This document shows positions 48,302-58,224 of a stretch of 64,000 bases of DNA, piece by piece. The stretch comes from Candidatus Moraniibacteriota bacterium (GTDB taxonomy: Bacteria; Patescibacteriota; Minisyncoccia; Moranbacterales; UBA1568). The translations under genes and the position numbers were made by a program. The stretch covers positions 200,081-264,080 of the forward strand of contig JAUSGT010000002.1 of NCBI GenBank assembly GCA_030648835.1, in the 5' to 3' direction. Within the stretch, counting starts at the first letter, position 1. Every line of letters starts with the position of its first letter. The notes beneath the pieces were generated by a model that saw only the letters and a list, made by a program, of their open reading frames with translations, made no database searches and was not told the DNA's origin.

Positions 48302-49480
48302 ATGAAAAGTCAAGAGACAGAAGTGAACAAAAAAAGACCTCAAAAAGTGGCTTTAGTTCACGATTTTTTGGTGGCGTACGGAGGTGCGGAGCGGGTACTT
48401 CAGGCAATGGCTGAGATGTTCCCGGAAGCACCGATTTATACGCTCCTGTATGATAAAGAGCAAATGGGCGATCATTTTCATGGTCGGGATATCCGAGTAT
48501 CGTGGCTTTCCAAGCTGCCGCAGTTTTTGAAAAAACGCTATCGTTTTTTTCTGCCGTTTTTCCCGGTGGCGGTGGAGTCGTTCGATCTTCGGGACTTCGA
48601 TCTGGTGATTTCTTCTTCGGGAGCATGGAGCAAGGGTATTGTGACGCGCCTCAATACGAAACACATCGCGTATCTGCACTCCCCGATGCGTTATGCCTGG
48701 GATTACCATGAAACATATTTGGGGGAATTGGGCGCTCGTGGAAAGTTACGTATTTTCACCCGGATGCTTATGAGTTATCTTCGGGTGTGGGATCGGCAGG
48801 CGGCGGAGCGGCCGGATGCCCTTATCTCCAACTCCCGGTTTACAGCGGCGCGGGTGAAGAAATACTATCGGCGAGAGAGTGAGGTGGTATACCCACCGGC
48901 AATGGATTTATTTAATAAGACACAGAATACCCGTTCGATAGAGGCAGAGATCCCTCGACAAGCTCGGGATGACAGTGGAAGTCGCCGTCACTTTTTGGTC
49001 GTATCGCGTCTGACTCGTTCCAAAAAAATTGACAGAGTTATTGAAGCATTCAACAAGCTGGAACTTCCGCTTCTGATTGTCGGTGATGGACCGGAGCGTG
49101 CCCGCCTCCAAGCCCAGGCAGAAAAAAATATCCGCTTCGTAGGATTCACCAGTGATGAAGAGTTGGCGAAATTGTATGTTTCCGCTCGGGCCGTTATCTT
49201 TCCTTCGGAAGAAGATTTTGGTATGGTGGCGGCGGAGGCGCTTTCTTTCGGTACGCCGGTGATCGCGTATGAATATGGCGGCATTCGGGAAATCGTGAAA
49301 CTTGGGGAAACTGGGGAATTGTTTCATGCGGAGACGCCGGAAATTATCGCTGAGGGGGTGCGGCGGTTTCTCCAGCATGAGGGGCAGTACGATGAAGTGG
49401 CGATGAAGCAATCGGTGGCGCATCTGACGAAAGAAAATTTTCAGAATGGTATAAGAAAGTTTTTGGAAATGAATGTGTAA
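48302..49480 (+). CDS. GT4-family glycosyltransferase
   Basis: GT-B C-terminal domain motifs (EDFGMVAAEALSFGTPVIA). Confidence 0.8.
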   Translation: MKSQETEVNKKRPQKVALVHDFLVAYGGAERVLQAMAEMFPEAPIYTLLYDKEQMGDHFHGRDIRVSWLSKLPQFLKKRYRFFLPFFPVAVESFDLRDFDLVISSSGAWSKGIVTRLNTKHIAYLHSPMRYAWDYHETYLGELGARGKLRIFTRMLMSYLRVWDRQAAERPDALISNSRFTAARVKKYYRRESEVVYPPAMDLFNKTQNTRSIEAEIPRQARDDSGSRRHFLVVSRLTRSKKIDRVIEAFNKLELPLLIVGDGPERARLQAQAEKNIRFVGFTSDEELAKLYVSARAVIFPSEEDFGMVAAEALSFGTPVIAYEYGGIREIVKLGETGELFHAETPEIIAEGVRRFLQHEGQYDEVAMKQSVAHLTKENFQNGIRKFLEMNV

Positions 49481-49504
49481 AAGTTATTTTTTATAGTATT
49501 GATC

Positions 49505-49631
49505 GTAAGCAACCTTTCCGGGAGCCTTTCGTTCGTCCAGCGACGAACTCTCTGTGTGAACTTTTTTCGATCCGCCGAATCGGCGGCACCATGCTCGAAA
49601 AAACTTCAACCCTCCCAGAAAGATTCTTACG
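49505..49631. mobile_element. MITE-like repeat family X, copy 2
   Basis: High similarity to 11489-11617. TIRs gtaagcaacctttccgggag / ctcccagaaagattcttacgac. Flanked by tagtatt/aatacta. Confidence 0.55.
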
Positions 49632-49669
49632 ACAATACTACCTACACTTTAGTTTTTATAATTTCTATT

Positions 49670-50569
49670 ATGCATATCATCGGTCATCATATAATCAGAG
49701 AGAGACTGGGAAAATTTGTGCGGGGGAACAAGATTTCTCAAGGCTATCTTTTTTCCGGACCGCAAAGCGTGGGGAAAAGTCTTTGCGCTTTGGAATTCGC
49801 CTCTGTATTGGTGGACGAACCGGATTTTGAACCGAGTGAAGCCAAACCGCATCCTTTTGACGTGCTCATTATTCGGCCGGAAGAAGTTACGAAGCATGGT
49901 GTCACGAAAGCGAAAAGCATCGGGGCAGAGGCGATGCGTGAGGCGTTGCAGTTTTTGGGGCGCTTTCCAGCGGAGGGGCGCTTCCGGGTTGTCATTATTG
50001 AGGATGCCCATAAGCTTACCCAAACCGCCCAGAACAGTATCCTCAAAAGTCTTGAGGAGCCGAAGTCCACTGCCGTGATAATTCTCGTGACGCATGAAGG
50101 AGGGGCTATCCTATCGACGGTCCTCTCGCGTGTCGAACGTGTTCGTTTTGATTATGTTCCTTCCGAAGAAATAAGGAGGGATATTTTGCCTGTGAAAAGT
50201 GGAGAACGCGCGCTGGCGCCATTTTTCTTTTCTTTGGGGCGACCAGGAATAATCCTTCGGGCAGAGCGTGATCCGCAAAGCTTTGAAGAAGAGCGAGGGA
50301 AACTGGAGAGGCTCTTTCGTCTTTCGGCACTCACCCTTGGAGAACGGCTTGGGTTGGCGGAAGAACTGGCAAAAAATGTTTCTGAAACACTGCGGTTGCT
50401 CGAGTGGTGGTTGCCGGGACTTCATACACAGGCTCTCAAGGGTACCGATACACGCCATACGACACGTTTCTTCTGGCTTTTGGAAGCGGTGGAAGAAACA
50501 CTGGCTCTCCTCAAGGCGACCCAGAGTAACGCGCGGTTACTCTTAGAAAAACTTTTCCTCTCAGTATAG
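49670..50569 (+). CDS. holB: DNA polymerase III delta-prime-like clamp-loader subunit
   Basis: AAA+ Walker A GPQSVGKS and arginine-finger region. Start at the internal ATG. Confidence 0.7.
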   Translation: MHIIGHHIIRERLGKFVRGNKISQGYLFSGPQSVGKSLCALEFASVLVDEPDFEPSEAKPHPFDVLIIRPEEVTKHGVTKAKSIGAEAMREALQFLGRFPAEGRFRVVIIEDAHKLTQTAQNSILKSLEEPKSTAVIILVTHEGGAILSTVLSRVERVRFDYVPSEEIRRDILPVKSGERALAPFFFSLGRPGIILRAERDPQSFEEERGKLERLFRLSALTLGERLGLAEELAKNVSETLRLLEWWLPGLHTQALKGTDTRHTTRFFWLLEAVEETLALLKATQSNARLLLEKLFLSV

Positions 50570-50633
50570 TGTTGTCAGTCGCCCGCCTTGATGAGTCGGC
50601 GAGGCAGGTAAGTGGTTAGTTGTCAGTTATTCT

Positions 50634-51605
50634 ATGTGGTTTACATCAAAACAGACGAAACAAAAACACCAGGAAAATACAGCGACGCAGTTCTTGCGTA
50701 AGGGAATGCCTGTGCAGCACAAGCACCGCACGGTGGCAAAGAAGAACTACCGCATCATCGGGGCGGGTACGTTTTTTCTTTGGATATTTTTCTTTGGAAC
50801 GCTTTTCTACACGGCCTTTTTTTCCATATTTTTTTTCATCACCCCACCACGGATTACCGGGATGAGTGAAGTTTCTGAAGAAAGACTGCGTGGATTTATC
50901 GATGGTCAGCTGTCAAAAAAATATTTTCGGATTTTTCCCCGGAATAATTTTTTCTTGGTACAGCCACGGGACTTAGAAGAGCGGCTACGCTTGGAATATC
51001 CGCTTCTGGCTTCTGTCTCCGTCACACGTATTTTTCCGAATAGCCTTTCTGTCGAGGTGGTGGAGCGCGAAAAAATAATTCTTTGGAATTCCTTGGGCGG
51101 ATCTTACCTTATCGACGAAGAAGGAGTGGCACACGATAGTGCGCAGGCGCTTCTTCCGGAGAATGCGCCGTACGTGTTTTCCATCACCGATATGAGCAAC
51201 AAGAAAGTGACTCCGGGAGAAAAAGTTTTTGATACGAGCTATGGAGTCTTTGCTATTCGGGTAAATGAGCTTTTCTTGCAGCAGTTGGGGTTGACGCTTG
51301 AGTCGCACTATACAACGGCTTCTCGTTTCGCCGATGAACTTCGTGCCAAGACGAGTGAGGGATGGGAAGTGTATTTTGGAACCACTCTTCCGATCGAATC
51401 ATCGCTCAGTGTGCTCAAGCTTCTTTTTGAGAAAGAACTCCCACAGGAGCGGCGGGCGCATTTGGCCTATATCGACTTGCGCGCGGAAAACCGAGCGTAT
51501 TATGCGTTTCGCGAAGGAGAGAATATAGAAAGTCCAAGCACTGTTTCTCTTCCAACGCCGACAGAGGAAAAGAAAATCAGCGCTCCCTCGAAGAAAAAGA
51601 AGTAA
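50634..51605 (+). CDS. FtsQ/DivIB-like membrane protein (POTRA-like)
   Basis: Single TM followed by a POTRA-like pattern (VSVTRIFPNSLSVEVVEREKIILWNSLGGSYLIDEEG). Confidence 0.5.
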   Translation: MWFTSKQTKQKHQENTATQFLRKGMPVQHKHRTVAKKNYRIIGAGTFFLWIFFFGTLFYTAFFSIFFFITPPRITGMSEVSEERLRGFIDGQLSKKYFRIFPRNNFFLVQPRDLEERLRLEYPLLASVSVTRIFPNSLSVEVVEREKIILWNSLGGSYLIDEEGVAHDSAQALLPENAPYVFSITDMSNKKVTPGEKVFDTSYGVFAIRVNELFLQQLGLTLESHYTTASRFADELRAKTSEGWEVYFGTTLPIESSLSVLKLLFEKELPQERRAHLAYIDLRAENRAYYAFREGENIESPSTVSLPTPTEEKKISAPSKKKK

Positions 51606-51717
51606 TAAGGGAAATGTATTGACATGATGGTTAAAACGGTGAATAATGAACGGATACCTTAACAATCCAGTTTTTCGATAAATATTGGAAGTCGCATAAA
51701 TCACAAGGAGGCTTATC

Positions 51718-52173
51718 TTGAATACAATGATTCGCGTTGACCGTTCTAAGGACCCCGTTTACCCGGACTTCATAAAAGGGGCAATACACCCCGAGATGGC
51801 GAAAAGTGGTCCGGAAGAATATGATTTTTCCAAGCTTCCTGGCGTTCTCTGGTTTCATGAAGACCAGATGATTAAAGGTTTCAGTCACCCGTCAGCGATT
51901 TACCAATTTCTCAAGGAACAGCAGATGTTTGAAGACTGTTTGGCGCTTAGCGATGGCATGGAAATTGCGAAGAAAGATGCCCGCATCTTCCGCTTATTGT
52001 TTCCTGGGGAAAAGCTTTTTCTCTGGAGATCCGTTGCACAGGACAAGCATAATGACTTGTGCGTTCCATATCTCATGGAACGCAAAGGTCTTATCTATGG
52101 GGATTGGCACTGGTTTGATTTCAGCATAGACAATAACTCTCCAGCGGCGCGTTTTCCTCAGGTTAGCCTCTGA
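51718..52173 (+). CDS. Hypothetical protein (151 aa)
   Basis: aaggagg RBS upstream. No recognisable motif. Confidence 0.5.
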   Translation: MNTMIRVDRSKDPVYPDFIKGAIHPEMAKSGPEEYDFSKLPGVLWFHEDQMIKGFSHPSAIYQFLKEQQMFEDCLALSDGMEIAKKDARIFRLLFPGEKLFLWRSVAQDKHNDLCVPYLMERKGLIYGDWHWFDFSIDNNSPAARFPQVSL

Positions 52174-52427
52174 CCCAGATTTTTTCGAAAACATCAAATT
52201 GATATCCCTGTGCTCTTTTCGCCCCCGTCTTTACCCAGCGTCTGGTAAAGCGGGTTTTTTATTACCAAACGAAGTGAGTGTAGTGAAAGTAGACTTTCAC
52301 TACCGAGCGCAGTGCCGGTAAAATCGGGTTGAATACCCCGCGGCTTGCCGCGGATATGAAACGAGCTTGAGCTCGTTTCAGGGTCCAGGGTAAGCCCATG
52401 GGGTAAATACCTGTTATTTTATATTCT

Positions 52428-54314
52428 TTATGGTTTTTGGATGTAGTAGACGAAGATGGAGTCGCCGGCACGAGTCACTGGAGTTATATCTTTGAGCCAG
52501 GCATAATTGCGTTCGCCGGGCTGTTTTGTTTTATAGAGGCTCTGCTGATAGAAGAAAGACGAAATGGCATACCAGCCAGCTTCCGGTTCGCGAGTGTCCC
52601 ACCAGCCGATATATTTGTCTTTGAGATAATAAGCTGGACTGGCTCCGCCGAAATAATCGATGCGGATTTTGTCGATGCGCGGGAAATTTGCGCCAAGAGG
52701 ACAGTCTGTATAGATGCTTGTTTCTTTCTCGTCTTTGCAATTGTTTTGATGTTCGACAAAATTTTGCAGGTGTTTCAGGTCCTGACCCCAGTCGTAGTTG
52801 GAGTCGGTGACATACTTATAACCATTGAGATGCCCACCGGCAGCGGCGTTGAAATAAGAAAGATAATTCGGGTAGGCGAGGATAGGAATAGCTATAATTG
52901 ACAACGTCAATCCGCCAAGAATAATTGAAAGAACCTTTTTGGTTGTTTTGTTGTTTTCGTGGCGTCTGAAGAGATCAAAAGCAGTTTTTGCTATGAGCAT
53001 ATACAGAAACGGAAGAATTGGGAAAAGATGGCGGAAGCCGATATTGAGATTCCCAGTGATACTGATATAACTATAAAAAAGAATAAAAAATACAGCGAGA
53101 TACTCAGTGATGTTATTTTGGAAAGAACGAGAAAGGAAAGAAACCCCATCGGTTGATTTTTCGCGAATAACAACTCTTCCCATGCGGTAGAGAGCGTAGA
53201 GAGAAGTAAAAGCGAGAAGAAAAAGAAAGGGCAGCGTTTCTTTGAGGAGGAAAACAACAGGGAAATACCATGGTGAGGCAAGGTTGGTTACGGTACCGAG
53301 AAAGTAATGGTCATTGCCGCTGGCGACGCGAGCAAAGACCATGAAGACACCGAGGAAATATTCACTGAGTGGCTTAAGGAAATTGCTCTCGCTTGTCTTG
53401 ATCACGAATGCGTGCGCGAACTGTGCAAGTTGGTTTTTTTGTCCGAGCGAGAAGTTGGCGGCATCGACAAGTTTTTCTGCCGGCATATTGATTGTGTTCC
53501 ACGCGTACAGCAACCAAATAAGCGCGAAACAGATGAGGACACTCCCGGCAAATTTAAGGCCGTATTTAAGGATTGTTTGAAGTGTAAAAGAAAGAGAGCT
53601 TCGTTTATCATCGGCAGTTTTTTGTTTTGTGATGGCATAGAGGATAACAAAAAGTCCAAAAACAGGAAATAGCAGGACTGCGGAAAATTTGGAGAGCTCC
53701 GCTAGCCCCAGAAAGATTCCTGCTATAAAGACGTTTTTGAAACTTGGCTTTTTCAAGAAACGGATGAAAAAATAAAACGCGAAGAAAATGAAAGCGGCGA
53801 TGCCGATGTCGGTCGTCACATAGTGGTTGTGAGCGATGATATTGGGGTCGAAAGCATACAAGGTAACCGCGAAAAGTCCTGCCAGTGTCCCCGCCAGTTC
53901 TCTGGTCCAGATGAAGATAACGAAACCGAGTATGACAGCAACCAGAGTAACAGGGATGCGTGACCAGAAAAGGATGGTATCAGCGTCATTGCAAATGACA
54001 TCCGGTCGCGTGCAATTGACGAACATATCGCCGATAGCCCACTGTTCGTTAATACCGGATTGCCACTGAGGCGTGTCGATGGGAAAAGATGGCTGCAAGA
54101 AAAGAAGTGGAAGTCCCGCGAGATCTTTGAGGAGGGGCGGGTGTTCGGGATTGAGACGCATATCACCGTAACGAACATAGCTATAAGCAGCCGGAATGTG
54201 AGCCTTTTCGTCAAAAATCATGGATTCTTGTTTGGATACCGAAAGAGACAGAACAAAATGGAAGGCAAGAATCCCGGTGACAATGAGAAACGCGTGTTTT
54301 TTTAAGAAGTTCAT
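52428..54314 (-). CDS. GT39/ArnT-like polytopic membrane glycosyltransferase
   Basis: Multi-TM N-terminal region with PMT/ArnT-like loop motifs. Confidence 0.65.
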   Translation of the reverse strand: MNFLKKHAFLIVTGILAFHFVLSLSVSKQESMIFDEKAHIPAAYSYVRYGDMRLNPEHPPLLKDLAGLPLLFLQPSFPIDTPQWQSGINEQWAIGDMFVNCTRPDVICNDADTILFWSRIPVTLVAVILGFVIFIWTRELAGTLAGLFAVTLYAFDPNIIAHNHYVTTDIGIAAFIFFAFYFFIRFLKKPSFKNVFIAGIFLGLAELSKFSAVLLFPVFGLFVILYAITKQKTADDKRSSLSFTLQTILKYGLKFAGSVLICFALIWLLYAWNTINMPAEKLVDAANFSLGQKNQLAQFAHAFVIKTSESNFLKPLSEYFLGVFMVFARVASGNDHYFLGTVTNLASPWYFPVVFLLKETLPFLFLLAFTSLYALYRMGRVVIREKSTDGVSFLSRSFQNNITEYLAVFFILFYSYISITGNLNIGFRHLFPILPFLYMLIAKTAFDLFRRHENNKTTKKVLSIILGGLTLSIIAIPILAYPNYLSYFNAAAGGHLNGYKYVTDSNYDWGQDLKHLQNFVEHQNNCKDEKETSIYTDCPLGANFPRIDKIRIDYFGGASPAYYLKDKYIGWWDTREPEAGWYAISSFFYQQSLYKTKQPGERNYAWLKDITPVTRAGDSIFVYYIQKP

Positions 54315-54322
54315 AGAGAGAA

Positions 54323-55966
54323 TTATTCTGGGAGAAGAAAATTATCTTTTAGTTTGGGGAGAACCACAACGTTGAAATCTCCTCCGGTGCGCTCCGGCCC
54401 GTTCATATCGATGTGTTCAACATACGCCTCCGGATACAGTTTCTGAATCTGCCCGGTGAGGACATCATTGTAATTGAGCATAAGAAATATTCCGGGTCGG
54501 TGAAGAACCGTATCTTTTTGCACGATTTCGAGGCGGTCAACCTTATGATAGGTGAGAAAATAGACCGGGTGAGCGAAAACAGGTAAGGTGGAGAGGTTGT
54601 TGTTGCCTTTCTCGTCAATGAGCACATACTTATATGTTTCTTTCGGTAAAGAAATGAGGTAGCGGGCCATATTGGTGTAGTTTTCGTTAAAAGAAGCGGC
54701 GGCAGATTCATTGTGAGTGAAGAAAACAAAATATTTTGTGAGATTGAAAACAGCGCTCCCCAAGAGAGCGACGATAAGGAGCGAAAAGAGGGCAACGCGG
54801 GCTCCGGTTTGCGCACGAAGGGCCTTGCGGATTATCCAAAAAGCCGGGAGAGCGGCCATGAGAAAAACCGGCGCCTGTGTGCCGATGGAGCGGAGCGCGT
54901 GTGGCAAACTCTCATTGGTGAGGAATTCGGGCATGAGCATAACAAAAAACGATCCGAGGAGAAAAAAATCCGTGATGAGACGCGTATCTCGGTCACCTCT
55001 CCGGATACGCCGACCGAGGAGGATAATCGTTTGCGATATGACAAAGAGAAAGCCAGCGAGGAAAAATGTTCCGACAAAAGGATCGAGAATCGGATAGGGA
55101 GGATAATTGTGGCGGAAATTCTGGTCACCGAAGAAGTTGTACTTTATGAGTGATAGGGAAAATGTTTTTGCCAGTGTTCCGAAGGGGTCCCCGTGATTGG
55201 CTTCCGCCGAAAAGACAGAAATATGGGATGAACGCGAAGCAAAGTCTTCCGGATGCAAAACGAAAAAATGATAGAGCATGGGCATTGCCGCGATGAGCGC
55301 TGCCAGAAAAAAGAGCGCCGCGTGTTTCCAAAAACGGCGGAGAAAATTTTCGTATGAGAGGATCAGGGCGGGAAGAAGAATGATGAGGATGAGGGGGGCG
55401 ACGCGAAAGGCGATATACGTGTGTAATCCCAACCCAAAGAGAAGTCCGGAAAAGATGAAATCGTGGAATTTTCTCGTGCGGAGCCCGCGAAAGAAAAAGT
55501 AGAACGAAAAAGAGAGGAGGAAGGTCGTCATGATGGCTCGAAAACCGATGCGGGAGAAATTGATCGCCCAATAGGAAGTGGCGAGCATAAACGCGGCAAG
55601 GATGCCCACGATACGGCGGTGGAAGAGTTCTTTTCCCAAAAGATAGATGCCAAGGACGGAAAAAGTTCCGAAAAGAATAGACCAGAGTTTCAGTCCGGTG
55701 ACAGTGTTGCCGAAGATGGCGATCGAGAATGCCTGCAGATTGATAAAGAGTCCTTCACGTCCGAAATTGGCGGGGTAGAAAAGTTTGAAGTCTTTGCTCT
55801 CGAGAGCGTGAAGGGCGTCAACACCATTGGCGGCCTCGTCGGGGTAGAGTCCGGCGGGGGCGGTTTCGATGTGGTAGATCCTGACGGTGAAGGCGAGAAT
55901 GAGGATGACAGCGAGAGCAACCCACGTCGCGATGTGGTGAGGAAGATGAGTGGAACGCTGACTCAT
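54323..55966 (-). CDS. GT39/ArnT-like polytopic membrane glycosyltransferase (second paralog)
   Basis: RIYHIETAPAGLYPDEAANG...FGREGLFINLQ ArnT/PMT signature. Start at the internal ATG (MSQRSTHL). Confidence 0.7.
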   Translation of the reverse strand: MSQRSTHLPHHIATWVALAVILILAFTVRIYHIETAPAGLYPDEAANGVDALHALESKDFKLFYPANFGREGLFINLQAFSIAIFGNTVTGLKLWSILFGTFSVLGIYLLGKELFHRRIVGILAAFMLATSYWAINFSRIGFRAIMTTFLLSFSFYFFFRGLRTRKFHDFIFSGLLFGLGLHTYIAFRVAPLILIILLPALILSYENFLRRFWKHAALFFLAALIAAMPMLYHFFVLHPEDFASRSSHISVFSAEANHGDPFGTLAKTFSLSLIKYNFFGDQNFRHNYPPYPILDPFVGTFFLAGFLFVISQTIILLGRRIRRGDRDTRLITDFFLLGSFFVMLMPEFLTNESLPHALRSIGTQAPVFLMAALPAFWIIRKALRAQTGARVALFSLLIVALLGSAVFNLTKYFVFFTHNESAAASFNENYTNMARYLISLPKETYKYVLIDEKGNNNLSTLPVFAHPVYFLTYHKVDRLEIVQKDTVLHRPGIFLMLNYNDVLTGQIQKLYPEAYVEHIDMNGPERTGGDFNVVVLPKLKDNFLLPE

Positions 55967-56063
55967 AAACAGTATTATCTTTTTGTTTTTTATGGTAGAA
56001 TTATAGCAGAAATAACGGATATTTACTACTCCAGAGTGGAAGCAAACTTCCACTATACTTGCT

Positions 56064-58160
56064 TTGTTTGGTAATAAGCAAAAAAGAAAAACTAAAATGG
56101 GTGGTTTCATGGAGTTTAGCCGCAAGTTGATGGGGAGAGCCGGAGATGAAAAATCTTCCGGTGGTTTGGCGTTGTCTGGATTGAATCCTCAGCCCGGAGA
56201 AATAATTTTTACCGATCGACACGTGACAATGCCAAAAAAAGAAGTGATTGCTGAAACTGCCGTAGCCAAGGCTGCTTTGGATTTGGTCAAGAGAGTGAAT
56301 GGAAAAAACCATACTGTAGCCCCAGCTTTCCGTTTGGGGACCGGAGAAGTTTTTGCTTCTTCGCAGGGGGAGGATGGTGTACGGAAAAATATTGCTTCGC
56401 CACCGGTTCAGCCGGCAGTGGAGAAAGTAGCGGTTTCAAAAATGGATGTCAGCGTAAAGGAAGACGCTGGCTTACAGCAGGCTACCCCGAGTGACACAGG
56501 AGAAAATATTGGTAGGGTTAAGGAAGTATCGGAAGACCTAGGGAGTCAAGGCGCTACTATGAGAGTACACACGGAAACTGGAAGTATAAGGGGTAGTAAA
56601 AAAATAACGATGGAGCATCCGTTTCAAGCGGTTGAGAAAAGCCATTTACGTAGGAGCGCCAAGCATTTGAGAGAAGGAGATTTATCTGATCAGGTGAGAG
56701 AAGGGTATCTGAAACAACTTACGAAAGTTCAGGCGAGAAAACGGACGGCTACCAAAGAGGATGTTACAAAAGCGAGATCCTTACGAAAGGGTATTTTAGG
56801 AAGTATTGAGCAAAAAAAGATCGATACCGCAGATCAGGCTCAAAGAGAAGAGGAAGAACACCGAGTAGAGCAGGAAAAACTTGCTCGCCTTGAAGCTTTT
56901 AAGAATGAGAATCCGGACTATTATCAAAAGTACGAAGGGGAGATAGCAAAACTCGAGCCGGCCTTCGCTCAAGAGTTTGAAGCCAGCAGGGAGGCTTACA
57001 AGACGTGGGAGCTTTCTTTGAAAAGAAGTGATGGTAAGCTGTTGAAATCTCAAGAGGAAAGCCCGGAGAAAGCAGAAGCGCAGGCTCGTATGGCTGCAAT
57101 GGATGTGCGTTTTCACAAAATGGCAGATCTTGTAGAGGAATTCAATAACCTTGATACGCGCCTTCCGGAAGATGGTCTCAAAGGGCTACTGCTTCTTACG
57201 GAGATGCGCGCGTTGGAAAAAGAAATGCCCAAGAATGCCCAGGAGAAAAAGAAAAAGGTTCTTGACAAACAAAAAGAGATGTATGGGAGCGAGGAACCGA
57301 ATGTGGAACTTATTGAAAAAGGGCATATTCAGGTACTTATCAAGAGAGAGTTGGAAGTGTTGAAAAGAAATTGCGAAAAAGTTCGCGAAAGAGAGCTATT
57401 CATGACAAATAATTTCCCTAACATCGGACAACTGGAAGACCACATACAGTCATTGGCAGATTTGGCTGATTCTTTCGATGATGAGACACCGATGGCGGAG
57501 GTGGAAAAAGCGCTAGAAGAGTTGAGAACACTCGAAAACATGGCTTTTAGTGAAACGCCTCCCGAAAGAGGTAAACCTTTTGGAAAAAAAGCCGGAATAA
57601 AAAGATTGCGGGATGACAAAGAAGTTGCTGGGGGTGCTAAGGGGGAGAGAAAATTTGTGAGAAATCGCGGGGATAAACGAGATCTGGCGTTGGATGAAAC
57701 AGGCGAAGGCGCGAGTCAAGAACCGATTCCGGACAAGCAAAAGAGCGATATGTTACCACAAGGAAATACAGGTGATACGGCTGATGCGGCATCTGATATT
57801 GAGACGTTCCCTATGGATGAACTACCGTCATTCGAAACGGTCGTCTCGGAGAGTGAACGGCAGGGGATTGTTGGAGAGTTACAAGGATTTATAGATGGAG
57901 GATTAGTTGATATTGTCGATTATTTGAAAGAGACAGGAAACAAAGAACTGGGAGCATTGTTAAATAGTAAAAGCCCAGAAGACATAAAGGTGATGGACGA
58001 AGTAGTTCAACCTCTTCTGGACACGATTAGCACGAGTATGCTGAATGTTGCAATCGCATGTGGGGAGAGAATAAAATCTGCAACGCCGGATATTGTAGTT
58101 TCTGCTATTCATAAAAAAGGAACCGATTTGTTAATCGAGGCACAGATGCGATACCTATGA
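56064..58160 (+). CDS. Large charged coiled-coil hypothetical protein (about 690 aa)
   Basis: Long ORF, E/K-rich, no recognisable domain. Start is uncertain (56064, 56097 or 56109). Confidence 0.55.
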   Translation: MFGNKQKRKTKMGGFMEFSRKLMGRAGDEKSSGGLALSGLNPQPGEIIFTDRHVTMPKKEVIAETAVAKAALDLVKRVNGKNHTVAPAFRLGTGEVFASSQGEDGVRKNIASPPVQPAVEKVAVSKMDVSVKEDAGLQQATPSDTGENIGRVKEVSEDLGSQGATMRVHTETGSIRGSKKITMEHPFQAVEKSHLRRSAKHLREGDLSDQVREGYLKQLTKVQARKRTATKEDVTKARSLRKGILGSIEQKKIDTADQAQREEEEHRVEQEKLARLEAFKNENPDYYQKYEGEIAKLEPAFAQEFEASREAYKTWELSLKRSDGKLLKSQEESPEKAEAQARMAAMDVRFHKMADLVEEFNNLDTRLPEDGLKGLLLLTEMRALEKEMPKNAQEKKKKVLDKQKEMYGSEEPNVELIEKGHIQVLIKRELEVLKRNCEKVRERELFMTNNFPNIGQLEDHIQSLADLADSFDDETPMAEVEKALEELRTLENMAFSETPPERGKPFGKKAGIKRLRDDKEVAGGAKGERKFVRNRGDKRDLALDETGEGASQEPIPDKQKSDMLPQGNTGDTADAASDIETFPMDELPSFETVVSESERQGIVGELQGFIDGGLVDIVDYLKETGNKELGALLNSKSPEDIKVMDEVVQPLLDTISTSMLNVAIACGERIKSATPDIVVSAIHKKGTDLLIEAQMRYL

Positions 58161-58224
58161 TAGAAAAAATATAAGGTGTATTATAGGAGAATAAAAGTAG
58201 ATACAAACTTATTTACGAACTCAT

